In this document: piece after piece, positions 17,316 through 25,699 of the stretch
How positions within the stretch are numbered: the stretch's first letter is position 1
How the letters are laid out: each line of letters opens with the position of its first letter
Origin: a virus
Taxonomy: Duplodnaviria > Caudoviricetes
Reading direction: 5' to 3' (one strand)
IMG/VR virus record: IMGVR_UViG_3300035661_000284
Location: 1 to 27,121 of that record
DNA: 27,121 nucleotides
Position numbers and translations under genes: made by a program
Notes under the pieces: model-generated
What the model saw: the letters and a program-made list of their open reading frames with translations, nothing else
What the model was told of the DNA's origin: nothing
Database searches by the model: none

Positions 17316-17530
17316 AACATTTCTCCTGTGAGATCATCATCTGATAATGCTTCATTTAAATGTTTTCTAAATAAATTTACTATATCTTCTGATGTAAAAT
17401 TACCATCTTCTATTGCTTTTTCAATAGCACCTAAAGGAAGATCTTCATCTTCTTTTCTATCATAAAAAAGAAAATCAAATATTAAATCTTTAATATTGTA
17501 ATCTATGTTTTTAATAGTTAGATCGCTCAT
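17312..17530 (-). CDS. Hypothetical acidic phage protein; likely start 17530
   Basis: GAGGA RBS before MSDLTIK; FLFYDRKEDEDLP.G.IE.AI segment. Confidence 0.7.
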   Translation of the reverse strand: MSDLTIKNIDYNIKDLIFDFLFYDRKEDEDLPLGAIEKAIEDGNFTSEDIVNLFRKHLNEALSDDDLTGEML

Positions 17531-17648
17531 ATAAATTCCTCTTTCTTTCTTCTGCAATTACCTTATTCACTATATCATCAATTTTATCATCAATACATTT
17601 TTTTTCTTCATCAGTAAGAGGTGTAGTAAGTTCATTAATTGTTTTCAT
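17511..17648 (-). CDS. Small hypothetical protein, 45 aa (MKTINELTTPLTDEEKKCIDDKIDDIVNKVIAEERKRNLYERSNY)
   Basis: Hand translation; AAGGA RBS; directly after promoter 17674-17694. Confidence 0.6.
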   Translation of the reverse strand: MKTINELTTPLTDEEKKCIDDKIDDIVNKVIAEERKRNLYERSNY

Positions 17649-17664
17649 GTCAATCCTTTTTTTT

Positions 17665-17705
17665 TATAAATATATTATATCATAATAAACTTAAGGTGAC
17701 CTTAA
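17665..17705. promoter_or_regulatory. Plus-strand late promoter (17665-17672) overlapping minus-strand early promoter (17674-17694), plus RBS hairpin TTAAGG-TGA-CCTTAA
   Basis: TATAAATA-T-ATTATA-tcataataaa-CTTAA-GGTGACCTTAA-ATG. Confidence 0.7.
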
Positions 17706-18287
17706 ATGACTTTTCAAAAACTACTAGAAAAATTTACAGATATTGGAAAATTATCCGATACACAACTCAAGAAAGGACACCCACTTACTAATGAAGATTT
17801 TGTAGAAGTTGATGGCACTGTTTTTTTCAATGCAATTACAAAAATAAAAATTAATGACATTGCAAGATTAAACAAGGGATTGCCGTCAAAAGGATTACAT
17901 ACTCTTACAGTATATAAGCGTGATGATTATAACAAGATGAAATGTTACATAGGTGAAAATAATTCATCAGGATATGCATTACAAGATAAACACGAACTTG
18001 TATCTGTATTCAGTTCATTAGGTTCTTCAGGTAATGCAATTATGTTGTCTGCTGTTAAAAATGGTGCTAATCATTTAGATTGTTTTGCGTTACGTGATAA
18101 AGAAGGAAATATCTCAGGTCCATTGTACTCATTGTATTCAAAACATGGTTTCAAAATTGACAAATCAATGAATTCAGGAAAACCAGGTGAGTCATATGCA
18201 ATTGTTAAAGGCGTTTCAGATTACGTTGATGATAATGAAATTGTTCATCCTGATGATGAAAGAGTCGTTATCTTTATGAAACGATAA
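17706..18287 (+). CDS. GNAT-fold acetyltransferase-like late protein
   Basis: ELVSVFS...G.GNAIMLSAVKNGANHLDCF...LYSLYSKHGF resembles GNAT motifs A and B. Confidence 0.6.
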   Translation: MTFQKLLEKFTDIGKLSDTQLKKGHPLTNEDFVEVDGTVFFNAITKIKINDIARLNKGLPSKGLHTLTVYKRDDYNKMKCYIGENNSSGYALQDKHELVSVFSSLGSSGNAIMLSAVKNGANHLDCFALRDKEGNISGPLYSLYSKHGFKIDKSMNSGKPGESYAIVKGVSDYVDDNEIVHPDDERVVIFMKR

Positions 18288-19017
18288 TCATTCCTGCTTC
18301 ATAATTGCTGATAATTTCAAGAACATTGAATATATCAGCTTTTAAATTATCGAAATTATCAGTCTTAATTGCAACAAAATCTTCATTCCTCATATACAAT
18401 TTCCTATTAACCTCAATCATAATGCTTTGAACTTTATCACGATGTGTTGCATACCTATCAGGACATATGCTACCACTGTATGGATAATTGAAACTTACCT
18501 TATATCCTTTAGATGATAGATATTTGTAAATTTTCAATATGAGATACTGATCGGGTGCGTTATAATCAGTGAATCCAATACATATATCAGGTTCTGCAAT
18601 TCCTGCAATTCTATAACCAATTCCTTCTTGAAAAGAATGGCAATCAACAATTACTGAAACTGGATATATACCATGATATTGTTCTACAAAACTCTCTAAT
18701 TTTTTGTGATAATCAATATATTCTGATATATCATAATTTTCAACAGTTTTTAGTCGAAAACCATCAAGTGTTTTTGTGTAGATAATACCACGACCAGCAT
18801 TATTATTATCATATTCACGTGAATCATTGAATCGTTCCATATCAATATGTAGACGGCTTTTATCTGCAATCAATCTGGTTGATGCATCATACACAAATAA
18901 TTCATCTGTGAACCAGTCAGTTGAATAGAATAATTCTTTTTTAAGTGTTTCATCATTTACGAGGAATAATCCACGCTCATAAATTTTCGAACTTGCATGT
19001 GGGATGTTTAATATCAT
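18274..19017 (-). CDS. hutG: N-formylglutamate amidohydrolase (FGase family)
   Basis: IPHAS, TDWFTDELF, SRL.ID.ERF, G.G.IY..T, YH, DCHSF, PDICIG, N.PYSG, SIMIEVNR.LYM. Confidence 0.9.
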   Translation of the reverse strand: MILNIPHASSKIYERGLFLVNDETLKKELFYSTDWFTDELFVYDASTRLIADKSRLHIDMERFNDSREYDNNNAGRGIIYTKTLDGFRLKTVENYDISEYIDYHKKLESFVEQYHGIYPVSVIVDCHSFQEGIGYRIAGIAEPDICIGFTDYNAPDQYLILKIYKYLSSKGYKVSFNYPYSGSICPDRYATHRDKVQSIMIEVNRKLYMRNEDFVAIKTDNFDNLKADIFNVLEIISNYEAGMIIVS

Positions 19018-19070
19018 AATTTCACTTCTTCGGCACTGTTGTACCTTTTATTTTTATTTAAGGTTATATC

Positions 19071-20090
19071 TTAATCCATCTTTAAACGAACTAATGCTGA
19101 TAATCCTTGGAACACATTATTATCAAGAAACTTTTGTAATTTCTCTCTGCTTCCGCCTCTTGTAAGTATAGCATTAAAGTCTTTAAAGTTAATTTTAGGC
19201 CACACCATAACTTTAAAATTACGGATTGCATAATTTATTGCTTTTTTTAAACCAGTTTTATCAATATTAGTGTTATCATATACAAATATAGGTTCTTTTG
19301 CCATCTTGAGGAATTCCTCAGGAAAATCTGCACCTAAACAAGCAACTACATTTTTATCTTCAATACTCATTGCATCAAAGGTAGCCTCAAAAATATATAA
19401 CGGTTTATTAAAATCAACATTAAATAGATTCCACACTTTCCATCCTACATTATCTTCAGGAATTCTTGTGTAGAAATCTTTGTTCTTTGTACTTCTTGAT
19501 GTAAACCCATATAATCTCTTTCCATAAAACAATGGTATTATTATGTAATCAGTAAGGTTCTTTTCTTTATCATCATCTTTAAATATCCCATTTCCTTGAA
19601 CCTCAAAGAAATAATGATAATCATCCTTTGCAATTCCTCGTGTTTGTAGGTATTCATCCGCATATGAACCATCAGTGATATTATGAAAAATATCTGGAAT
19701 ATCAAACACATAAGGTGGACGAAAGGTATCATCTATATCTAATGTCTCTATAACAGGTTCAGATTTTTCTTGTTGAAGGAATTCTTGAATATGATTGATT
19801 TTGTTACCATTCATTTCTTGAGTGTATGATTGAAGTAATGAAGGATAATAATCCCTAAGGAAACCATACATATTGCTTGAATATTCACAATCTCCATTGA
19901 AACATTTTACAACGTCATGATCAAATGATGATTTTGTATATAGATGAAATCGTTTAGAGCGTTTGTTTTTACCATCACCACATATTGGGCAACGTGCAGT
20001 ATAATCTTGTCGTGTTCTTCTGCCAAGTGAATTCGATGGAAGCGCTAACTCAAAGAATTTGACATTAATATCATTTAGCGTTGCACCCAT
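19071..20090 (-). CDS. gp61: T4 gp61-like DNA primase
   Basis: Zn finger RCPICGD...CFNGDC, YL..RGI, IIIP, TOPRIM IFEATFDAM, VYDN, KDFN. Confidence 0.9.
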   Translation of the reverse strand: MGATLNDINVKFFELALPSNSLGRRTRQDYTARCPICGDGKNKRSKRFHLYTKSSFDHDVVKCFNGDCEYSSNMYGFLRDYYPSLLQSYTQEMNGNKINHIQEFLQQEKSEPVIETLDIDDTFRPPYVFDIPDIFHNITDGSYADEYLQTRGIAKDDYHYFFEVQGNGIFKDDDKEKNLTDYIIIPLFYGKRLYGFTSRSTKNKDFYTRIPEDNVGWKVWNLFNVDFNKPLYIFEATFDAMSIEDKNVVACLGADFPEEFLKMAKEPIFVYDNTNIDKTGLKKAINYAIRNFKVMVWPKINFKDFNAILTRGGSREKLQKFLDNNVFQGLSALVRLKMD

Positions 20091-20116
20091 TTATTCCCCT
20101 TAATTTAAAAATCCAA

Positions 20117-20344
20117 TCATACAACCTCTATTTTCTGAATATCATTGAAACTAAATGAATATTCTTCACATTCTTTATCGATACAACAAAAATATTCTTC
20201 TTCATCTAAATCAACATCTGTAATCCTATACAACATATCGTTAACTGTAACCATAACATCACCAGTCATTTGTAACTCAATAATGTCTTCTATTGTGACG
20301 TTAGGTAATGAATTTCTATATTCTGTGTATGTAATTGTTCTCAT
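20117..20344 (-). CDS. Hypothetical acidic early protein
   Basis: 75-aa ORF behind promoter+RBS cassette. Confidence 0.65.
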   Translation of the reverse strand: MRTITYTEYRNSLPNVTIEDIIELQMTGDVMVTVNDMLYRITDVDLDEEEYFCCIDKECEEYSFSFNDIQKIEVV

Positions 20345-20398
20345 TTAAATTCCTTCTTTCATTCGTTTGTTACAATAATTATATCATAATAATCTTAA
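20341..20398 (-). repeat. Promoter+RBS cassette copy 1 (58 bp)
   Basis: Near-identical to 20711-20768; contains TTAAG-N10-TATAAT, GAAGGA and ATG. Confidence 0.85.
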
Positions 20399-20405
20399 AA
20401 TAAGA

Positions 20406-20714
20406 TTAATAATTATCATTATATTTTTTCTTTGAAGATGAAAATGTAGCCATATCCTCAGAACAAAGATATAAATTACTCATAATAGTATTGAGTTTCA
20501 TATCATCTGATGTACGATTAACGCTCTGAATAAAGCGTGCAATATGTGTCTTACTACGAAATGCACCTGCAATCTTCAATAACGTTTCTTTTTTCCATGC
20601 AATGTCATGTGAATTCCAAAATTCTTTAACCAAATCTTTTGATAATTTGTTAAGATTTTCTTTGTTATCAAAGTTCCATTTTGTGTCATTAATAATTACG
20701 ATGTTATCAGTCAT
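20406..20714 (-). CDS. Hypothetical early protein; likely start 20714
   Basis: GAAGGA RBS before MTDNIV; lies between the two cassette copies. Confidence 0.7.
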   Translation of the reverse strand: MTDNIVIINDTKWNFDNKENLNKLSKDLVKEFWNSHDIAWKKETLLKIAGAFRSKTHIARFIQSVNRTSDDMKLNTIMSNLYLCSEDMATFSSSKKKYNDNY

Positions 20715-20768
20715 TTTAAATCCTTCTTTCATTCATTTGTTACAATAATTATATCATAATAACCTTAA
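20711..20768 (-). repeat. Promoter+RBS cassette copy 2 (58 bp)
   Basis: Near-identical to 20341-20398. Confidence 0.85.
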
Positions 20769-20796
20769 TGTATTATAAAGAAAATCTTCTAATTAT

Positions 20797-20856
20797 TCAA
20801 TGTATAAAATAAAATAACTGGGTTATATATTATAGTTATTTTATTTTATACATTGA
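20797..20856. repeat. Perfect 23-bp inverted repeat with 14-bp spacer
   Basis: TCAATGTATAAAATAAAATAACT / AGTTATTTTATTTTATACATTGA. Confidence 0.9.
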
Positions 20857-20874
20857 TTGGGAAACCCCAATCAA
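20853..20874 (-). terminator. 9-bp hairpin at the receptor stop codon (no clear U-tract)
   Basis: TTGATTGGG-GTTT-CCCAATCAA on minus strand. Confidence 0.45.
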
Positions 20875-22577
20875 AAATTATACCCAAGTCTTGCAGTAAA
20901 ACTTCGCTCAGGTACATCAACTGCAGAACCCATAACCCTACCATCATTATTGAATATATTGTTTAATGTTATTCCATATAACCATTTATTGTAAGTATTT
21001 GAATAACCAACATCAAATGTATTCAATCCTTTATTGTTATATTCATTATATGCAGAATTTATAACTCTTACATCATTCATATCTGATGCAGATAAGTTAA
21101 TTCCTTTATGTGCATAATTCCAGGTAACAAAATAATGATTATATTCATTTTTCCAATAAACTTTCCAAGGAGTGATTTTACTCATATAATCTGAATCATC
21201 TTTCCCATATACATATTGAAAATTAAATACAGAACCGAATAAATCTTTATCATATGTTAATGTTGCATCTACACCTTTAACGATACCATTTCCAACATTT
21301 TGTACTTGATATTGATCTACACCAGATATACGACCAACTTTAACACTTGATATTGCATTATCAAGATGCATATAATAACCACTGATATTGTAAGTAAAAT
21401 AATTAATCACATCTTTAATACCTAAAGAATATGTTGTTGACGTTTCTGGAACTAATGAATTATTCGGTACATCATTTCCTTTACCTGTAGTTATTGAATA
21501 ATAAAGATTATTCGCTGTAGGAAGTTTATATCCACCTCTTATGCTACCATATACAATATTTTTTTGTAATTCTACATTGTAACTGTATGTGTCGAAATTC
21601 TTAGTAACATCATTTTGTCTGTTTGTAGTTTGTGCCCATACACCATCAATATTTGTTTTTAATTTAATACCATCCAGTTCATTTTTGTAACCGATACCTG
21701 CAGTTGTAGTATTATATGTAAAATCTTTTTGATTATACATAAGATCTTCGTATGAATCCATCAATTTAACATTAAAACCAGAATCAAAATTATGTATATA
21801 TTTAGCACCATAAACATTATTAGTTGAATCAATCTCATTACCATTATCGTCTACATTTTCTACAAATCGTTGATAACTTATATTGAATATATCATTACTA
21901 GTTAGTTTATATGAATCTTTGATGAAAATATAATTCTGATCTAGATATGTATATGTTTTTCCTTGAATATATTTGTCTAATCTGTCAATATCTGATGATG
22001 TGCTATATAAAGCAATAAAAGTATTGTTTCCTGTATTATTTTTAATAAAGATTGCATTTTGATTGTATGCAGTATGATCGATATTATTATAATCATCTGT
22101 TTTGTATAACTTCAACCCGACAGTTGTATTATCATATTTCTCAGTTGCAATTAATTTTCTACCTTGATCATATGAACTATATTCTGTGTATATTTGTGAA
22201 ACATCAGTAAGATGCGAATCAACACTTAAACCAATTGCATTTCCTGATTCCAATTTGTAATCTACAAACTCATTAGGTATCCATGAAAAATATTGATTTG
22301 GGCCGCTTCTGAAATTTGAATTATTCATAATAACATCTTCAAATTTGACACCAACTAATTCGCCTTGAAGTCCCTGAATTACTGGACTATTCATTCCAGG
22401 TGCAGTTTGTTGAATATTCATTTTAGTTTGTATTGCACTAAAATCAACCTCATTATCTCTGTATTCAGGAATAGATATATATGATGATGAATTTGCATCA
22501 ACAATTATTGGTGGTAATGTAATATTATCTGATGCAGATAATATCATTCCTATTAATAATGATAAAAATATTTTCAT
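20871..22577 (-). CDS. TonB-dependent outer-membrane receptor
   Basis: Signal peptide; TonB-box-like TLPPIIVDA; plug SPVIQG...MNNSNFRSGPNQY; FRAP-like YKLPT..NLY and NPNL-like NNSLVPE; NNIFN; C-terminal PERSFTARLGYNF beta-signal. Confidence 0.88.
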   Translation of the reverse strand: MKIFLSLLIGMILSASDNITLPPIIVDANSSSYISIPEYRDNEVDFSAIQTKMNIQQTAPGMNSPVIQGLQGELVGVKFEDVIMNNSNFRSGPNQYFSWIPNEFVDYKLESGNAIGLSVDSHLTDVSQIYTEYSSYDQGRKLIATEKYDNTTVGLKLYKTDDYNNIDHTAYNQNAIFIKNNTGNNTFIALYSTSSDIDRLDKYIQGKTYTYLDQNYIFIKDSYKLTSNDIFNISYQRFVENVDDNGNEIDSTNNVYGAKYIHNFDSGFNVKLMDSYEDLMYNQKDFTYNTTTAGIGYKNELDGIKLKTNIDGVWAQTTNRQNDVTKNFDTYSYNVELQKNIVYGSIRGGYKLPTANNLYYSITTGKGNDVPNNSLVPETSTTYSLGIKDVINYFTYNISGYYMHLDNAISSVKVGRISGVDQYQVQNVGNGIVKGVDATLTYDKDLFGSVFNFQYVYGKDDSDYMSKITPWKVYWKNEYNHYFVTWNYAHKGINLSASDMNDVRVINSAYNEYNNKGLNTFDVGYSNTYNKWLYGITLNNIFNNDGRVMGSAVDVPERSFTARLGYNF

Positions 22578-22588
22578 TTATTTCCTTT

Positions 22589-22596
22589 TATAAATA
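22589..22596 (+). promoter_or_regulatory. T4-type late promoter TATAAATA
   Basis: Exact match 24 nt upstream of ORF 22621, adjacent to the receptor RBS on the other strand. Confidence 0.65.
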
Positions 22597-22620
22597 TCGT
22601 AATTAACCTAAAGGCCAATT

Positions 22621-23058
22621 TTGAAAAGATTCGATTTGATGTATCTAGATTTGTTAAATTCAGACTTATTAACTGATGATATGAGAAAAAATCTCAATAT
22701 TGATGATGTTCGTGAGGAATTCTATGAGAAAACAAGATTCAACGAGATAAACAGTTATGAAATTGTTTATGCCTGTTTTGAGATTGCTATCACACAGAAT
22801 ATTAAATTTAGCATTAATAATCTTATCAATGCTTTCAATGTAGTTAACCCAAAACATCATGTATTAGTTAAAGATTATCTTGATGATAAAATCATTAAAT
22901 TAATAAACGAATATAAGGATCAAACTGAAATTTATATTCTTATTGAATTAACTCAAGCACATCATTATTTTGATTATACTGCAGGATTTAATCCAAATAA
23001 GAAGATATGGTTAAAACATAAAGTTGTATCCCATATCATTCAGAAATTCAAAAATTAA
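22621..23058 (+). CDS. Hypothetical late protein; TTG start
   Basis: 145-aa ORF, AAGG RBS, late promoter. Confidence 0.65.
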   Translation: MKRFDLMYLDLLNSDLLTDDMRKNLNIDDVREEFYEKTRFNEINSYEIVYACFEIAITQNIKFSINNLINAFNVVNPKHHVLVKDYLDDKIIKLINEYKDQTEIYILIELTQAHHYFDYTAGFNPNKKIWLKHKVVSHIIQKFKN

Positions 23059-23273
23059 ACTTCTGAAGGCGCTTCAACATCAACAACAGTAAACTGTTCT
23101 TTCAATGAACTAAGTTCAACTGTAAGTGCTTGAACTGCTGCATTATGAATGATTTGTTCCAATTGAAATTTCTCCTGAATTTGCACGATACGAGCAAAAA
23201 TCATTTTAGCTTGTTCTGGCAATGTTGCCATATCATAAGTTACACCGTCAAGTACGAATTGTTTTTCTTCCAT
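23055..23273 (-). CDS. Small conserved-type phage protein (coiled-coil)
   Basis: F.LDG..YD...L.EQAK pattern; AAGGA RBS. Confidence 0.7.
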   Translation of the reverse strand: MEEKQFVLDGVTYDMATLPEQAKMIFARIVQIQEKFQLEQIIHNAAVQALTVELSSLKEQFTVVDVEAPSEV

Positions 23274-23274
23274 T

Positions 23275-23448
23275 TTAGTTTCCTTTTATTTTGATTAATG
23301 TGTTTATATTAACAGTAATTGTCTCAGGATGTCCTGATTGAGTCATATAGATGGCATCTACTAAGTTTCCTTTAAATGCATTAACAACCATTTTTGGCGA
23401 ATCTGCAAGTTTTAATCTTACATTATCACCTAGTTTAATTTCTTTCAT
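23275..23448 (-). CDS. YodC/DUF2158-like small beta-barrel protein; likely start 23448
   Basis: IKLGDNVRLK..SPKMVV matches the GD.V.LK..GP.MTV pattern; AAGGA RBS. Confidence 0.6.
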   Translation of the reverse strand: MKEIKLGDNVRLKLADSPKMVVNAFKGNLVDAIYMTQSGHPETITVNINTLIKIKGN

Positions 23449-23458
23449 TTTTATTCCT

Positions 23459-24556
23459 TTATAACCAATCATCTAATGATGAGGTTTCTTTAACAACGAA
23501 TTGTTTTTCATCAAGATAAAAATCTTGTACGTTTTTAGCTAGTTCAATAAAATTATTTTCACCAAGAAATGTAAGGATACTGTTTTTGTTATAAAATAAT
23601 TCAGTTTGTGAAAATTCTGCAAGTATTTTATCTTCTATGTTTTTAGGTATTTCAGAAAACATCACTAATGTTTTGTTTCTCTCATAATTCTGACGATACA
23701 TTGGATGTGCATTGAGGTTTTCCTCAAGATTAAGTATAAAATTTTCTATTGCTTTAGCACCGAATGAAACTGTTTTGAATATGTCTAATTCACCTGTTTC
23801 TATACCTTTATTAGGTCCTGATTTGAATTTTTTTTGAACGGTAAATTCTTTATATAATTTCTCTGAGATTGTTAATGAATTGAAATCGTTGACCTGTTTA
23901 ACATGAATGTCATTAGTTTTTAAATAGCTTATGAAGGCATCACTGAATTCCGTACCTTGTTTGATATTAGGAACATTATCCGCACTATCACCTGAAAGTA
24001 TATGTTCTTTAGTCCATTTTTCCATCTCATTTTTTGATAATGAGACAAATGATTGTTTAATTGGTGCGTATAATGCAATGTTATCAAGTTTCAATAATTG
24101 TTTAAAGTCTTTATCTTCTGATATTACAAGTGTTCTTTCTTTAAGGTTTTTTGCAAGAATAGCGATTACATCATCACCTTCAGCACCTTTTACACCAATA
24201 ACTTTATATGGAAAAATCTCTCTAATTTGTTCAATAAACTGATTTGCGAATTCATAAAATTCTTCAAAGTTAATATCTGACTCATCCCTACTCTTTGCAC
24301 GTTGTGCTTTATAATCAGGATAAAAATCTTTTCTCCAGTTGTTTCCTCGTACATCAAGGCATAACACCATCTCACCATATTCACATTGATATTTCTTTTG
24401 GATCAATCTCAATGAATTAAGCATAAGGTGTTTATAAAATTGTATAAAATCAACTGTTTTGTATTTTTTTGTTTCTTTATCTTTCTTAGGTCTTGCCTGA
24501 GAAACTGCTGTGAACAAATTTCTTGATGAAAGATGTGAATAATCTACAAGTATCAA
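23459..24556 (-). CDS. rnh: T4-type RNase H (5'-3' exonuclease/FEN family); TTG start
   Basis: ILVD, NWRKDFYP.YK..R, EGDDVIA, ISEDKDFKQL, GDSADNVP, NY.RN..L.....IP. Confidence 0.92.
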   Translation of the reverse strand: MILVDYSHLSSRNLFTAVSQARPKKDKETKKYKTVDFIQFYKHLMLNSLRLIQKKYQCEYGEMVLCLDVRGNNWRKDFYPDYKAQRAKSRDESDINFEEFYEFANQFIEQIREIFPYKVIGVKGAEGDDVIAILAKNLKERTLVISEDKDFKQLLKLDNIALYAPIKQSFVSLSKNEMEKWTKEHILSGDSADNVPNIKQGTEFSDAFISYLKTNDIHVKQVNDFNSLTISEKLYKEFTVQKKFKSGPNKGIETGELDIFKTVSFGAKAIENFILNLEENLNAHPMYRQNYERNKTLVMFSEIPKNIEDKILAEFSQTELFYNKNSILTFLGENNFIELAKNVQDFYLDEKQFVVKETSSLDDWL

Positions 24557-24586
24557 ATCTATCCTTTCATTTTTATTGTGGACCTA

Positions 24587-25549
24587 TTAAAGGTCCGACA
24601 AGAATGCTAAATCATCTGCATCATCAATTGAATCCGCTTCTTTTTCTACAACTTTTTCAGTTTTTATTTTTTTAACTGGTTCGTCTGCAATAGTTTTTCT
24701 ATCTGCCTTCATTACCATATCGTCAAGATCATCAAGACCTGTATCGATTGCTGGTGCAGATTTACCAGTTCCTTGTGCAGGTTTGTTTGTTTCTTTTGTT
24801 CCCATTACGAAAGCAAATTTATCAGCAAGTTCTGCATATGTTTTGAAATGTTTTACATCTTCAAATTCTTTAAGATTTATTGTACGAGTTGTAATAACAT
24901 CAATTGCTTCATCTTTTGAATCAAAAACTTCTGATGGTGACATGATAACTGTGTCATCATATGTTGGAAATCCACCTGCACCATTTTTAATTTTCAATTT
25001 GATGTTTGCACCTTTAAATGCATGCCACAATGGAATTGGTTTTTCACCCATTGACAAATCTTTTTCTGATGGATTTGTAACTGACATAAATTTATCATAC
25101 AATTTTGTTCCAAATTTCCAGTAAAAGATTTTACCTTCATTAGATGGATTTTCAGGATCTTTAACGATAAGTACGTTAGTAATGTAATTGATTTTACGAC
25201 TAAATGGACGTGCTTCATCTTTTGCTTCATCAGTTCCGATAGCATTCATTTCAAGGTAATGTTCAGTAATAGGACATGGTAATCCTAATGTAGATGGACT
25301 ATCTTCGATATACCACAATTTTTTATTACGGGATTTACTCCAAATACCAAATGAATGTGAATACATTTTTGTGTATGGTTTACCATTTTGATCTGGTAAT
25401 AAACGAATGATTGCTTGACCATCACCTTTTTCATCACGTGATAATTTCCATTCACGTTCATCTGGCACGTATGTCGATTTTGTTTGTTGGCTATGTGCCG
25501 ATAAATTTTTTGTAACGTCTGCCCAGTTTTCTTCAAATAAATTAATCAT
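24587..25549 (-). CDS. gp32: T4 gp32-like single-stranded DNA-binding protein; start 25549
   Basis: D.R.WKL..D..G.G.A.IR.LP, WYIE..P.T.G..CP, NVLIVKDP.NP.NEGK.F, GAN.KLK, YD, acidic tail; AAGGA RBS before ATG 25549. Confidence 0.93.
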   Translation of the reverse strand: MINLFEENWADVTKNLSAHSQQTKSTYVPDEREWKLSRDEKGDGQAIIRLLPDQNGKPYTKMYSHSFGIWSKSRNKKLWYIEDSPSTLGLPCPITEHYLEMNAIGTDEAKDEARPFSRKINYITNVLIVKDPENPSNEGKIFYWKFGTKLYDKFMSVTNPSEKDLSMGEKPIPLWHAFKGANIKLKIKNGAGGFPTYDDTVIMSPSEVFDSKDEAIDVITTRTINLKEFEDVKHFKTYAELADKFAFVMGTKETNKPAQGTGKSAPAIDTGLDDLDDMVMKADRKTIADEPVKKIKTEKVVEKEADSIDDADDLAFLSDL

Positions 25550-25562
25550 AATTTTGTTCCTT

Positions 25563-25635
25563 TTTAACGATTGTTTAACGATGTGTTTTAGATATAATAT
25601 CAACTTTAGCGATTGTTTAACGATAATGTAACGAG
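25563..25635 (-). promoter_or_regulatory. Phased (T)CGTTA(AA) direct repeats in gp32 leader, putative operator
   Basis: 20-bp repeat at 25563-25582 and 25605-25624 (1 mismatch); TAACGA-like cores at 25565, 25576, 25607, 25618, 25629. Confidence 0.6.
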
Positions 25636-25683
25636 TAAAATTCTTTTACATTTTTGGATGTCTCCTTTTTATGTAATCGAATT

Positions 25684-25691
25684 TATTTATA
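25684..25691 (-). promoter_or_regulatory. T4-type late promoter TATAAATA upstream of gp32
   Basis: Exact intergenic match. Confidence 0.65.
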
Positions 25692-25699
25692 TTTTTAAA

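Noticed and set aside
20810-20845. dif/Xer site in the centre of the long palindrome
   Set aside because: Only loose similarity; arm and spacer geometry does not fit 11-6-11
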